Shown here: positions 52,025 to 62,188 of the stretch, piece by piece
How the letters are laid out: each line of letters starts with the position of its first letter
Numbering within the stretch: position 1 is the stretch's first letter
Source of the DNA: an uncultured Methanoregulaceae archaeon
GTDB lineage: Archaea > Halobacteriota > Methanomicrobia > Methanomicrobiales > Methanospirillaceae
DNA length: 64,000 nucleotides
Assembly (NCBI GenBank): GCA_963701095.1
Contig: OY969564.1
Location: 192,001-256,000, forward strand
Direction: 5' to 3'
Notes under the pieces: model-generated
What the model saw: only the letters and a program-made list of their open reading frames with translations
Databases searched by the model: none
Told to the model about the DNA's origin: nothing
Program-made: the position numbers and the translations under genes

Positions 52025-52861
52025 TCAATATTGCCCGATATAGCGGGTCGGGATTAGGATCTTGATCGTATAGGATTTGATATATTGGGAATTGATGACA
52101 AAATAATACCCTCTTCCTCCTTCGTAGAATTTTTCAAGCCACGGGCGTGGATCTGTTGAGAATGTCGGCGTTGGCTCGATCGTTGCATATTTTGCGGGAA
52201 TTGTCGAGGTAGCCGCAGGTGTAGTTGGAGTTATTCCCTCCCAGAGATCAGGATCAATTCCACCGGGGGGTGTTATGGTCCTCACGATGCGGTTGGGATC
52301 AGTAGCATCCATGACCTGTATAGAAAATTGTGGATTTACAACACTATATGAACCTTGTATCCCGCTATAGGAAACGCCCTGCCCCATTGTTTGTGTTATT
52401 TGAGTAGATTGAACCACTGGGCCATCCATGGGTCCAATCATGGGATCAATAGTATACGATAATTCCCAGTAGGGAAACGGGATGTTTATAATCTGAGTGG
52501 TCCCGCTGTTTTTTCCTGATATGGTTGCATACACGGTGCGGTTGTTATCCTGCTGGGACATATTGATTTGGGTACTTTGCGGCAGGGACTGGTTTGTGGA
52601 GATTTGATATTTCGCCGGATTAACAAAACTGATATTCTGGGTCTTTCCATTCCATGTAGGCACCGGAGTTGGCCGTATGGTTGCGGTCACAGTGATATTT
52701 GAATATACCACTATCGGAGTAACATTCACCGAGGGGATTGGAGTTGTAAAAGAAAGACCGGTGTTGACCGGTTGTCCGGTTGCCAGCGGTTTAATAACAA
52801 ATGCAATAATGAGGATGAAACAGAACGCCGCGACAATATAGGTGATATCTTTTTTATCCAT
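52025..52861 (-). CDS. Hypothetical membrane-anchored T/P-rich surface protein
   Basis: Single N-terminal TM, sequons, T/P linkers. Confidence 0.75.
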   Translation of the reverse strand: MDKKDITYIVAAFCFILIIAFVIKPLATGQPVNTGLSFTTPIPSVNVTPIVVYSNITVTATIRPTPVPTWNGKTQNISFVNPAKYQISTNQSLPQSTQINMSQQDNNRTVYATISGKNSGTTQIINIPFPYWELSYTIDPMIGPMDGPVVQSTQITQTMGQGVSYSGIQGSYSVVNPQFSIQVMDATDPNRIVRTITPPGGIDPDLWEGITPTTPAATSTIPAKYATIEPTPTFSTDPRPWLEKFYEGGRGYYFVINSQYIKSYTIKILIPTRYIGQY

Positions 52862-53039
52862 GTGAACTGTGTTTTCCTATTGTATTGTTTCATACATAAA
52901 AAGAAGTGAGGTTGTTGACATACATTAATGATAATGAAAAGAATCCCAACGGGAAATATTTATCAGGCAATTCTAACCCATTCAAGCCTAGGGGCATAAA
53001 ATTTTTAAAAAAAAATGCTCAAAAGGATTTTGATTTTTA

Positions 53040-53056
53040 GCAAAGATATTTATACA
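53040..53056 (+). promoter_or_regulatory. BRE/TATA promoter of the archaellin genes
   Basis: GCAAAGATATTTATACA about 75 bp upstream of the ATG. Confidence 0.6.
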
Positions 53057-53126
53057 ATTAATGCCTTTTAACTGATTAGAGACGCTGGTACCGTCTAGTG
53101 TCTACTAAATTCACGAAGGTGAATCA

Positions 53127-53699
53127 ATGAGTTCGTACAAACATAAAGATGAAGGGTTCACCGGCCTTGAGGCAGCGATTGTGCTTATCGCATTCGTTGT
53201 CGTAGCGGCGGTGTTCTCATACGTAGTGCTTGGCGCCGGGTTCTTCACGACGCAGAAGGCACAGCAGACTGTACACACAGGTGTTCAAGAGACCACTTCA
53301 GCAGTGGAACCTTCTGGACCGGTGAGTGTTAAAGCGACATCCGGCACAGCGATTGGCTCTATTACCTTTTATCTGCAGCTCGCAGCAGGAGGTACTGGTG
53401 TTGACATGTCCAAAGTGACGTATGCTGTATCCACTTCTACTGGTATAGAAACCTTTGATAATACTGGCGTCGCTTTAAGTTGGGTTGAAGACAAAAATGA
53501 GACTGATCATACCGCAACTACGGGAACGCTGGGCGCTGGCGAGATGGTTCTTGTGACCGTTACACCTACTGCTACAACTTCGATCGGACCTAACACTCAA
53601 TTCACCGTTGAAGTTAGACCCCCTGTGGGTGCAGCACTTCCGATATCACGAACTGTTCCGGGATCAATAGCCACAAACCAGTGGTATGAGGTATATTAA
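53127..53699 (+). CDS. flaB: Archaellin
   Basis: DEG|FTGLEAAIVLIAFVVVAAVFSY. Confidence 0.95.
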   Translation: MSSYKHKDEGFTGLEAAIVLIAFVVVAAVFSYVVLGAGFFTTQKAQQTVHTGVQETTSAVEPSGPVSVKATSGTAIGSITFYLQLAAGGTGVDMSKVTYAVSTSTGIETFDNTGVALSWVEDKNETDHTATTGTLGAGEMVLVTVTPTATTSIGPNTQFTVEVRPPVGAALPISRTVPGSIATNQWYEVY

Positions 53700-53829
53700 G
53701 GAGGGTGAAAAACATGAAAAATCTTTACTCAAGTGATGCATTCACCGGCCTCGAGGCAGCGATCGTGCTTATTGCATTCGTTGTCGTAGCGGCAGTATTC
53801 TCATACGTGGTGCTAGGTGCCGGGTTCTT
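53157..53829 (+). repeat. Near-identical ~89-bp 5' segments of the two archaellins (53157-53245 and 53741-53829)
   Basis: Identical peptide; differences are synonymous. Confidence 0.85.
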
Positions 53830-54331
53830 TACATCCCAGACCGCTCAGTCAACTGTCCATACTGGTGTAAGCCAGGCAAGCTCAAGCATGGAAGTTGTCG
53901 GAAATGTGTACGGTATAGGGCCATCTGCAGGTGCTGCTAATCTGCTGTATGCTAAAATAACTATAGCACTGACTGCAGGGGGAACTCCTATAGATCTGAG
54001 CAAGATGGTAGTATCCTATACTGATAACAATGGAGGCCACAATGCAAATATGACACCGGAGTCGAAAACAGATTATACCACATGCACTAACACAAAGTTG
54101 GGTACTTCGACTACCTGGTGTATAGACCAGATTATTAATGGCGGTGGAGCTACAGGCGCTAATCCAATGCTCAATCCCAACGCTCAGATTGTTCTAGATG
54201 TGGCATTGCCATCAGCAACAGCGACCCCCAATACTCAGTTCACAATTAATCTCCAGCCGGCAGCGGGCGCATCTCTCCCAGTCACGAGGACTATCCCCGG
54301 CACCATCAACGTAGTGCAGCCAGTCTACTAA
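53714..54331 (+). CDS. flaB: Archaellin (second paralogue)
   Basis: SDA|FTGLEAAIVLIAF; followed by T-tract terminator. Confidence 0.95.
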   Translation: MKNLYSSDAFTGLEAAIVLIAFVVVAAVFSYVVLGAGFFTSQTAQSTVHTGVSQASSSMEVVGNVYGIGPSAGAANLLYAKITIALTAGGTPIDLSKMVVSYTDNNGGHNANMTPESKTDYTTCTNTKLGTSTTWCIDQIINGGGATGANPMLNPNAQIVLDVALPSATATPNTQFTINLQPAAGASLPVTRTIPGTINVVQPVY

Positions 54332-54681
54332 ATCTTTTTTTTATTGAATTTTCCATCTATGGATTCCGATGGTTGGATCCTTTGAAATGGCAAACGATTT
54401 CTTCTGTTTAAATTACCAATATTGCCAAAAATTCAGTTCGTACAATGAGATTTGTTATTCGGGTCATCATTATGGAGTCTGGTCGCCAAATAAATCAGCT
54501 TTGTTGAAAACAGACATGCATTTTCATGTTTATTGGCTTATCTGACCGATAAGGTCTTCGTCTCATGTCCTCCAGTATTTAAAAAACAGTGGAAGAACCA
54601 CTAAAAACAAAAAAAACCCTGTAAAACCCTGTGCTTCGGAGGAAAGTATATTAATCAAAAACAGGATAATAACTAATTGCT

Positions 54682-55587
54682 ATGGCGGTAAATCAGGCAC
54701 AGGTCGACCATATCATAACAGCGGCTTCTGAGGATGATCCAGAAGTTAAGCTCCAAAACCTCGAACGAGAAGTCGATCTTATCAAGACCTCCATAAAACG
54801 CCTGTTAATGGATATCCGGGAACGGATGAATGAGATGGAGAATCCGTTTACTATTGCTTCAGGATCCGGAACAACTGGAGAATCCGAAGGTGCGGCAGAT
54901 TCCATGAATGCTGCGAAAAGGGCGGCACTGGATGCAAAAGAAGCAGCGCTGGAAGCACGGGAATCTACCCTTGATGCCGCAAAAGCCAGGCAGGATGCTG
55001 ACGTCAGGGAAATAATCGTAAAAAAACCCGAACCCGAAGTGAGACCAGTGACCGCTCCTTTGCCTGTCGTTGAGGAAAGGCGTCTACCGGATGAACAGAT
55101 GATTTCCCTCATGAAGACCCAGATCCTCAACAATGGAAATAAGGGCAGTCCAAATGCACTTGCCAATGAAAAACTCCGTCTTCAGAAAGTGTACAAACTT
55201 TTCAAATGGACAAATGCGGCTATTCGAAAGTTTGGTCACGATCGTCTGGATATTATCCTTGAATCATACCGTATTATGGGTTATATCTCAAGGGAATCCT
55301 GTGACGAGATCAAAGAGATCTCCCGCTTAATGCCAGCAAACCTCGGGGACGAACATGAAGTAGGGCCTGATGAGTTTGTGTCCGAACTCTACGCACTCAA
55401 CCGGATTCTATCACCCAATGATGCATCACTTGACCGGGATATGATAGAGGTCATGATGGAACAGCGCCAGCAGATAATTCCGGCAAAAGAAAGATCCGGA
55501 GTTCCTGATGTATCGGCCAAAGAAAGGGAAACTTCGCGTGATACCAGAAAAGACGAAGAGTGGATGAACCTGCCGGATAGGATCTAA
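54682..55587 (+). CDS. ArlC/D/E-type archaellum switch protein
   Basis: N-terminal coiled coil ending ENPF; C-terminal W....KFG....ILESY..MGYIS FlaD/E pattern. Confidence 0.75.
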   Translation: MAVNQAQVDHIITAASEDDPEVKLQNLEREVDLIKTSIKRLLMDIRERMNEMENPFTIASGSGTTGESEGAADSMNAAKRAALDAKEAALEARESTLDAAKARQDADVREIIVKKPEPEVRPVTAPLPVVEERRLPDEQMISLMKTQILNNGNKGSPNALANEKLRLQKVYKLFKWTNAAIRKFGHDRLDIILESYRIMGYISRESCDEIKEISRLMPANLGDEHEVGPDEFVSELYALNRILSPNDASLDRDMIEVMMEQRQQIIPAKERSGVPDVSAKERETSRDTRKDEEWMNLPDRI

Positions 55588-55590
55588 TCG

Positions 55591-56100
55591 ATGTCCGCGG
55601 ATACATTCACAACTGCTATGTTCCTGATTACTGCGGTTATCGCTGCTGGTGTACTTATCAGTGCAATATTCCCGGTTGTTTACCAGATGGCTGGGACGTT
55701 TTCCTCAGCTGGTCATGCTTCTGATGTTCAGCTCCGAACCACTATTGAGATCATTAAGGATGTAGCTTTTCAAAATCAAAACGTTAAGGTCTGGCTGAAA
55801 AATACCGGGAGTGAACAGATACCTCTTAGTGATATCCAGCGATCCGATGTCATATGTGGTGATGCTGGAAATTTTGGTCGTTTGAGTTTAGTCACAGGAG
55901 GTTCCCCGGGTCCCTCAAATCCCGGATGGTCATACACGCTGTATGACTTAAACAACAATAATATCTGGGATCCTGGTGAAACGCTGGAAATCGATGCTTA
56001 TACTACAACGATAAATCCCGCAGATCCTGTATATTTCCAGTTCAGCCTGCCTAATGGTATCACGAGTTCCGACCAGTTTCCGGTGAGTACTACTCCCTGA
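55591..56100 (+). CDS. flaG: Archaellum protein ArlG
   Basis: N-terminal TM, VWLKNTG, WDPGETLEI. Confidence 0.85.
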   Translation: MSADTFTTAMFLITAVIAAGVLISAIFPVVYQMAGTFSSAGHASDVQLRTTIEIIKDVAFQNQNVKVWLKNTGSEQIPLSDIQRSDVICGDAGNFGRLSLVTGGSPGPSNPGWSYTLYDLNNNNIWDPGETLEIDAYTTTINPADPVYFQFSLPNGITSSDQFPVSTTP

Positions 56101-56113
56101 TAGGTGAACGCGG

Positions 56114-56608
56114 ATGGCTGTAGCAGATCTTATCGGGGCGGCAGTTGGAGTACTACTTCTGGTGATAGTCGCCTATCTCCTTGTAGGGAGTGTAATATCA
56201 ACCGCCCAGATTGTTAATGCTGCCCAGAAATCTGCTACGCTTCTTGAAGAAAAACAATTAAAAACCGATTTTGCCATAACCTCAGCGACTACGCAGTCCG
56301 ATAATCAGACTTCAAATGTTGATATCAATTGCACGATCACTAACACGGGAAACGAGGTAATTTCCGATTTCACCCATATGGATGTTATTGTTTATGACAG
56401 CGGTACCGAAACTTACAACCTTTACCCTTACAGCGCAGTTGCGAGTCCCGGAAAATGGACGATCGTTAGTCAGGGTAATGATGCAATCAATCAATTAGAA
56501 CTGAGTCCTGGGAATTTCTACATAATTGAGGTTATGACATCGGGTTCGTCTCCCTACTGGTTTCAGATCACTACAGGAAATGGTGTCTATGCATCCGCAT
56601 TTGTTTGA
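56114..56608 (+). CDS. flaF: Archaellum protein ArlF
   Basis: N-terminal TM, NTGN, LSPG, ITTGNGV; between flaG and flaH. Confidence 0.8.
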   Translation: MAVADLIGAAVGVLLLVIVAYLLVGSVISTAQIVNAAQKSATLLEEKQLKTDFAITSATTQSDNQTSNVDINCTITNTGNEVISDFTHMDVIVYDSGTETYNLYPYSAVASPGKWTIVSQGNDAINQLELSPGNFYIIEVMTSGSSPYWFQITTGNGVYASAFV

Positions 56609-56622
56609 TGGAGGTGAAATAG

Positions 56623-57357
56623 ATGGCAATTGAACTTTCAGACCTTATGGGAGGAGAGGATCGCCAAATCATCTCTACCGGGAATAATGAACTGGACAAG
56701 AAGATAGCAGATGGTCTTCCGGTAGGGTCCTTGACCCTTATTGAAGGAGAAAACGATACCGGTAAAAGTGTTCTTACCCAACAGATTGTCTGGGGTGCCA
56801 TGAAACAGGGTATGTCTGTAGATTTATTCTCTACGGAAAATACCAGTAAGAGTTTTATCAAGCAGATGGAATCGATGAGCCTTGATATCTCCGACTATTT
56901 TGCATGGGGCTATCTCAAGGTTTTTCCTCTCCACGTCGTTGGATTTGAATGGAAAAAAGAGGAGATGGAGGGGATCCTGCAGCGATTGGTTACCTATATC
57001 AAAAACAGCCCGTCAGAAGTCGCTATCGTTGATTCACTCACGCTTTTCACCGAATATGCTGAAACGGACACTATCCTTACCTTCTTTACTAACTGCAAAT
57101 CTCTTGTGGATCACGGAAAGACCGTTCTTGTTACGCTCCATACCTACGCATTTGAGGAAGACACGCTGGTCAGGATACGGTCTATCTGCGATGCCCATTT
57201 GAATATGAAAAAAGCCCTTGTCGGGGATAAGTATGTCATGGTAATGGAAGTGGTCAAGGTACGGGGTGCACGAAAAACGACGGGGAATCTCGTCAGTTTT
57301 GAGGTACATCCGGGATATGGAATGAAAGTTATACCGATGAGTTTTGCGAGGATCTGA
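56623..57357 (+). CDS. flaH: Archaellum KaiC-like ATPase ArlH
   Basis: GENDTGKS, IVDSLT, FEVHPGYG. Confidence 0.93.
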   Translation: MAIELSDLMGGEDRQIISTGNNELDKKIADGLPVGSLTLIEGENDTGKSVLTQQIVWGAMKQGMSVDLFSTENTSKSFIKQMESMSLDISDYFAWGYLKVFPLHVVGFEWKKEEMEGILQRLVTYIKNSPSEVAIVDSLTLFTEYAETDTILTFFTNCKSLVDHGKTVLVTLHTYAFEEDTLVRIRSICDAHLNMKKALVGDKYVMVMEVVKVRGARKTTGNLVSFEVHPGYGMKVIPMSFARI

Positions 57358-57358
57358 T

Positions 57359-59227
57359 ATGAGTTCTTTATCTGTTGCAGTAAACCTTCCCTTCAAACCC
57401 GAACCGGTCGATAGCAATGTTGATCTTTATGCAGATCTCGAATCAGATGCATTATTCAAAATGCTGCCGGCAAATGCAAAAGAATATGTCCAGAACAGCC
57501 CGCATCTTCTCGAATACCTTCACACATTTCCGGTGAATACCTATGGGATCCCCCTTTTTTTATCAGAATTAAAAAAAGATGTCCGTTCAATGAAGAACCC
57601 CAATATTATCTATCCGGTGAACGATACAACATTTGTTCATATACTTCCGGATCCGGATGATGTCAGGAACTTCTACATACCAATAGAACCCTCCTTTCTG
57701 CATAGTGTGAATGACATACTACCCGCCATTGAAACCAAACTCATCGATCTTATTGATGCACTTGATACCGATCCGACCACGGACAAGGAAAGGACGGAAG
57801 TTATAAAAAAGATGCTTGCTTCGGTGGCAGTCGTCAAACCTCCCGGCATGGATATTGCAAATCTCATTGGAACATCCGAGAAACAGCAGGGAGCAGCATC
57901 CAAACTGACTAAATTCCTCAACACCGATTTCACAGCCCAGAGTAAGATGAAGGGTGATAAAAAAAGCAAGAATCTCCCTCTGACACCGGATGGCAAAGTT
58001 ATTCTTACCAATTATGAGTACCAGGCAATCGAATACCTCCTTGTCCGGGATAAAATCGATATGGGGGTTCTCAAACCGTTCCTTTCTGATCCCTATATTG
58101 AAGATATTTCCTGTGACGGTGTCGGACCGATCTTTATCGAACACAAGATATTCAAGGGATTGAAATCAGTTATTGAGTTCAAAGTATCCAGTGAACTGGA
58201 TGAGTTTGTAGTCAAGGTGGCCGAGAGGATAAAACGACCAATTACCTACAGGAGCCCTATTGTCGATGCAACGCTCCCGGACGGTTCCCGTATCAACATA
58301 GTCTACGGTACTCAGATCAGTAAACACGGCAGTAACTTTACCATACGAAAAGTCAACGAGGTGCCTCTTTCGATCCTCAACATTGTAGAGAGTAATGGTA
58401 TTGATTATATGTCGGCAGCCTATCTCTGGATATGTGTCGAATATGGTATGTCGTTGTTTGTCAGTGGTGAAACAGCTAGCGGGAAAACTACGCTCCTGAA
58501 TGCAATTACTACGTTCATTCCTCCGGAAAACAAGATTGTCACTATCGAAGACACTCCTGAGCTTAACGTCCCCCACCGGAACTGGATACGGGAGGTAGCT
58601 CTAGCAAAAGGTGGGGGTGAAGGTGGTGGGGCCGGAGGAGAAGTCACCATGTTTGATCTTCTCAAGGCTGCACTTCGTCAGCGGCCCAACCAGATCCTTG
58701 TCGGTGAGATCCGTGGTGTTGAGGGAAGCGTTGCTTTTGGGGCTATGCAGACCGGTCACCCGGTAATGAGCACTTTCCACGCGGCGTCCGTGGAAAAACT
58801 CATCCAGCGTCTTTGCGGTGATCCCATTAATATCCCTAAAACATACGTAGACAACCTCAATCTGGTCATTATCCAGAGTGCAGTCAAACGTCCCGACGGC
58901 CAGACCGTGCGGCGGATGATCAGCTGCAACGAACTCGTGGGATATAACGCAGAGACCGGGGGGTTCACCTTTGTCCAGATGTTTACATGGGAACCGGTGT
59001 CAGATACATTTGTCTGGACGGGAAAAGGCAGTTCGTTCCTTCTTGAAAACAAAATTGCTACCATGCTAGGTATACCGGACAGCAGGAAGGCCGAGATATA
59101 TCTGGAAGTTGAGAAACGTGCAAAGATTCTTGAACGCCTCCATAAGGCGGGTTATGTAAAATTCTGGGATCTCTTCCATATGATGACGAAGATTAAAAAA
59201 CAGGGTCTCCTTACCATCGGTTCATAA
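57359..59227 (+). CDS. flaI: Archaellum assembly/motor ATPase ArlI
   Basis: GETASGKT, TIEDTPE, LRQRP, GEIRG, TGH..TFHA. Confidence 0.95.
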   Translation: MSSLSVAVNLPFKPEPVDSNVDLYADLESDALFKMLPANAKEYVQNSPHLLEYLHTFPVNTYGIPLFLSELKKDVRSMKNPNIIYPVNDTTFVHILPDPDDVRNFYIPIEPSFLHSVNDILPAIETKLIDLIDALDTDPTTDKERTEVIKKMLASVAVVKPPGMDIANLIGTSEKQQGAASKLTKFLNTDFTAQSKMKGDKKSKNLPLTPDGKVILTNYEYQAIEYLLVRDKIDMGVLKPFLSDPYIEDISCDGVGPIFIEHKIFKGLKSVIEFKVSSELDEFVVKVAERIKRPITYRSPIVDATLPDGSRINIVYGTQISKHGSNFTIRKVNEVPLSILNIVESNGIDYMSAAYLWICVEYGMSLFVSGETASGKTTLLNAITTFIPPENKIVTIEDTPELNVPHRNWIREVALAKGGGEGGGAGGEVTMFDLLKAALRQRPNQILVGEIRGVEGSVAFGAMQTGHPVMSTFHAASVEKLIQRLCGDPINIPKTYVDNLNLVIIQSAVKRPDGQTVRRMISCNELVGYNAETGGFTFVQMFTWEPVSDTFVWTGKGSSFLLENKIATMLGIPDSRKAEIYLEVEKRAKILERLHKAGYVKFWDLFHMMTKIKKQGLLTIGS

Positions 59228-59228
59228 C

Positions 59229-60854
59229 ATGCCTGATGAGACTACCCCCTCGGATACTTCCAGGACTCCACCGGCCCGTCAACTTCCTTTTGCTTCCTTA
59301 CTCAAAGGAGTAAAAGATAAAATAGCCGGTATTCAGGAAAAAAAGAAGATGGGCGCAGATCTTCTGTTCATGACAACATATATGGCATCGCTTGCGATTG
59401 CCAACGCCACGCGTCCCGAGATTTTTTCCTTTGCTGCAAACCGACAAGAATACATTTCGGCGAAATACATTGAAAAAGTTGAAACCTATGTTAAAAAATG
59501 GAACTATAGTTATGCAGAGGGCTTGTCCATAGTTGCTGAACGGACGCAGAACGAAATCCTCAGAAGCATGCTGAACCGGTATTCAAACTCAATCGATTCC
59601 GGAGTTCCGGATGAAGATTTTCTGAGCAACGAACTCGCTACGGTCAGGAGTGTCTACCGGAACCAGATGGAACAGGGAATGTCCATGCTGCAGAAATGGG
59701 GAGATGCGTACGTTGCCATGCTTCTTTCGGGAACGGTCATTGCGGTCATCATAATGATGTCTGTTGTTATCTATTCCCCTACCTCTATCCAGACGACTTT
59801 TGATACGTCGTATTCTGTTATCCTTGCCATTTCCGTATTTGGCATTGTCCTGATGTATACATCGGTTCCAGATGATCCCAAAAGCCATGGCCTCATTGAA
59901 CGTACATCAAAAGAGCAGGCAACAATCCATGCCATGGAGAGGATTATTGTCCCAATCACCATTGCCATTGTTGTAATCCTTGCAATACTCGGGGTAGCTG
60001 CAAGCCTGATTTTTATTCTTATAGGTATCCTGATGGCTCCGCTCGGTATTATCGGTTTTATTGACGATCACAATATTACCCTGAGAGACAACGATTTTTC
60101 CGTATTTATACGGAGTTTTGGCGCAGTAATGGGAGGCCAGGGAACGACTGCCATATATGCGCTGGGAAGTATCGACCGGAAATCACTTACAGCACTTGAA
60201 CCGCTGGTAAATTCAGTATATTCAAAGCTTAATCTTGGACTCGATGAAAAACAGTGCTGGGACAAGTTTATCGGAGAAGCCGGAAGCAACCTCATCTATA
60301 AGTACCTCAACATATACCGGGATACCGTGTCGCTCGGAGGACCCCCGGAACCCATTGGAACGGTCGTAGGATCTTCGATGCTTGAACAGACCCTCCTGCG
60401 GGAAAAGAAAGATATGCTTGCTCGAGGCTTCATTGTCCTTCTCGTACCGATGCATATGGCTATGACCGGCCTTTTCGTCGCATTATACCAGATTCTCCTT
60501 ACGCTTACGCAATCTGTTTCATCCATGATGGCCCAGATGGCAAATGCATCCGCAGCATCCGGGGGTATGAATGGTGGCGGTGTTTCTGTAGGAAGTGTAT
60601 TCAGTGGCGGCCTGAATCTTTTCTCCAATTTTCCCGCAGCAGCGATGCAGACCTATGTTGTGATCACTCTTACTATTATTACTGCATCCAACATCATTGC
60701 AGCACGTATCGTAGGTGGAGGGGATCGATACATGTATTATTTCTACGCGGCAATATTCTGCACATTAACCGGACTTGTTCTTCTGGTCGCACCGATCGTG
60801 GTTGGCCTTTTCTTCAATCCCGCGGGGCTGACGAACATGGGTGCCGGGACTTGA
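59229..60854 (+). CDS. flaJ: Archaellum platform protein ArlJ
   Basis: Multi-TM GspF-like architecture after flaI. Confidence 0.92.
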   Translation: MPDETTPSDTSRTPPARQLPFASLLKGVKDKIAGIQEKKKMGADLLFMTTYMASLAIANATRPEIFSFAANRQEYISAKYIEKVETYVKKWNYSYAEGLSIVAERTQNEILRSMLNRYSNSIDSGVPDEDFLSNELATVRSVYRNQMEQGMSMLQKWGDAYVAMLLSGTVIAVIIMMSVVIYSPTSIQTTFDTSYSVILAISVFGIVLMYTSVPDDPKSHGLIERTSKEQATIHAMERIIVPITIAIVVILAILGVAASLIFILIGILMAPLGIIGFIDDHNITLRDNDFSVFIRSFGAVMGGQGTTAIYALGSIDRKSLTALEPLVNSVYSKLNLGLDEKQCWDKFIGEAGSNLIYKYLNIYRDTVSLGGPPEPIGTVVGSSMLEQTLLREKKDMLARGFIVLLVPMHMAMTGLFVALYQILLTLTQSVSSMMAQMANASAASGGMNGGGVSVGSVFSGGLNLFSNFPAAAMQTYVVITLTIITASNIIAARIVGGGDRYMYYFYAAIFCTLTGLVLLVAPIVVGLFFNPAGLTNMGAGT

Positions 60855-60861
60855 CCGGGGA

Positions 60862-62127
60862 ATGGTGGATAAAATGAAAGATAGTCTCCGCAGGCTGATT
60901 CTTTTTGTCACTATCGTGGGCGTCGGTTCTGCCATGATATTCGTAGATATTCCGGTTATCTACATGCTACTCCTGATTATAGTGATTGGCGTTCTCCTCC
61001 TGTTCCTGCTCGGTGCAGTTACTATATCAGATCTGAAAAATACCTTTTCGAATCTGAACATTTCCCGTCTACGAAAGCAACTGCCAATCGGAAAATCAGG
61101 GTCCAGGCAAATAACGGATAAGACTTCTCCGGCAAAAAAAGATGTTGAAAATAAAAAAGTCCAGAAGATTGCCCCGGATAAGTCCTTGGAAAAATCCGGG
61201 GGACTTCTCTCCCATCTTTCCTTACTTGCATCATCTGTAGAATCAATGGGAAAAATTCTTACCGATCGCAAAAAACCCCGTAAGAAAGTCGAGGACATCG
61301 ATAAACTTCTTGAACATACCATAACAGAAAAAGTCAGCAAAAGCTCTGCCCTTGAAAGTGCTGGCACTGTTCCTGCGGCAGCTGGATCAAGCCGGAAAAA
61401 TGCAGGAGGTGCCACTCCTGATGAGAGTGGGAAGGAGACTGACCCGTTCCTCTCACTTTCCGGGGAAGAACTTGAAATGGGTCTGCTTGATGGGCTTGAT
61501 GAGCATGAGGTATCTTTCCCATCACCGGAAACCCAGAGCGAAGCTCCCGGACCTGAATCCGGCATATCTTTGCCTGATCTGGAAATGCCGCCCCTTCCGG
61601 ACGGAATTGAAGATGACGCAAACGCGATTCTTGCAGCAAATGCAGAGGAAAACTCTGAAGAACTCCCCAACCTGGAAGGAGGAGAGAGTCTTAGCGGCAG
61701 TATCAGCGATCTCGATAACATAAACCTTGACGAGATCGATCTCGGTGATGACAGTGGTATGCTGGAAGAGGAATCTCCTCAACCCATTCCTCAGGCCTCC
61801 GGCCCTTCCCCCGGATCAGGCAGCCTCATACCGGCCACCCCCATAACCCCCGCCGGTATTCCTGATACCGATGATCAATCTGATATCTCTTCATTTGCTT
61901 CGGGGACCGCCACGGGCACTGATGAGGATATGCTCAGTTCACTTGCATCTGACGTTAAATCCGTTAAAAAAGAACAAAATGTAAGCCTGCTCCGGGAATT
62001 AAAAGATTTTAAGGCTCCTGCAACAGATATTGAAAAGGAACTTTCAGAGATTTCTGAACAGTTCAATAATGCGATAAGCAGCGGTGCAAAGAAGAGACCC
62101 CTCGTACCGGTTAAAGGAAAGAAGTAA
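60862..62127 (+). CDS. Hypothetical two-TM protein with a long acidic low-complexity region
   Basis: Two TM helices, basic segment, D/E/S/P-rich middle, helical C-terminus. Confidence 0.8.
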   Translation: MVDKMKDSLRRLILFVTIVGVGSAMIFVDIPVIYMLLLIIVIGVLLLFLLGAVTISDLKNTFSNLNISRLRKQLPIGKSGSRQITDKTSPAKKDVENKKVQKIAPDKSLEKSGGLLSHLSLLASSVESMGKILTDRKKPRKKVEDIDKLLEHTITEKVSKSSALESAGTVPAAAGSSRKNAGGATPDESGKETDPFLSLSGEELEMGLLDGLDEHEVSFPSPETQSEAPGPESGISLPDLEMPPLPDGIEDDANAILAANAEENSEELPNLEGGESLSGSISDLDNINLDEIDLGDDSGMLEEESPQPIPQASGPSPGSGSLIPATPITPAGIPDTDDQSDISSFASGTATGTDEDMLSSLASDVKSVKKEQNVSLLRELKDFKAPATDIEKELSEISEQFNNAISSGAKKRPLVPVKGKK

Positions 62128-62188
62128 AATCTAATGAATCAAAAATTCATGATCCCGGAACAACGATAGAACCTTATGTGTGTTTTCC

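Noticed and set aside
52891..52926. EarA-like TACATA boxes upstream of flaB
   Set aside because: Only one exact copy, over 120 bp from the flaB TATA, and it coincides with the likely TATA of the divergent gene.
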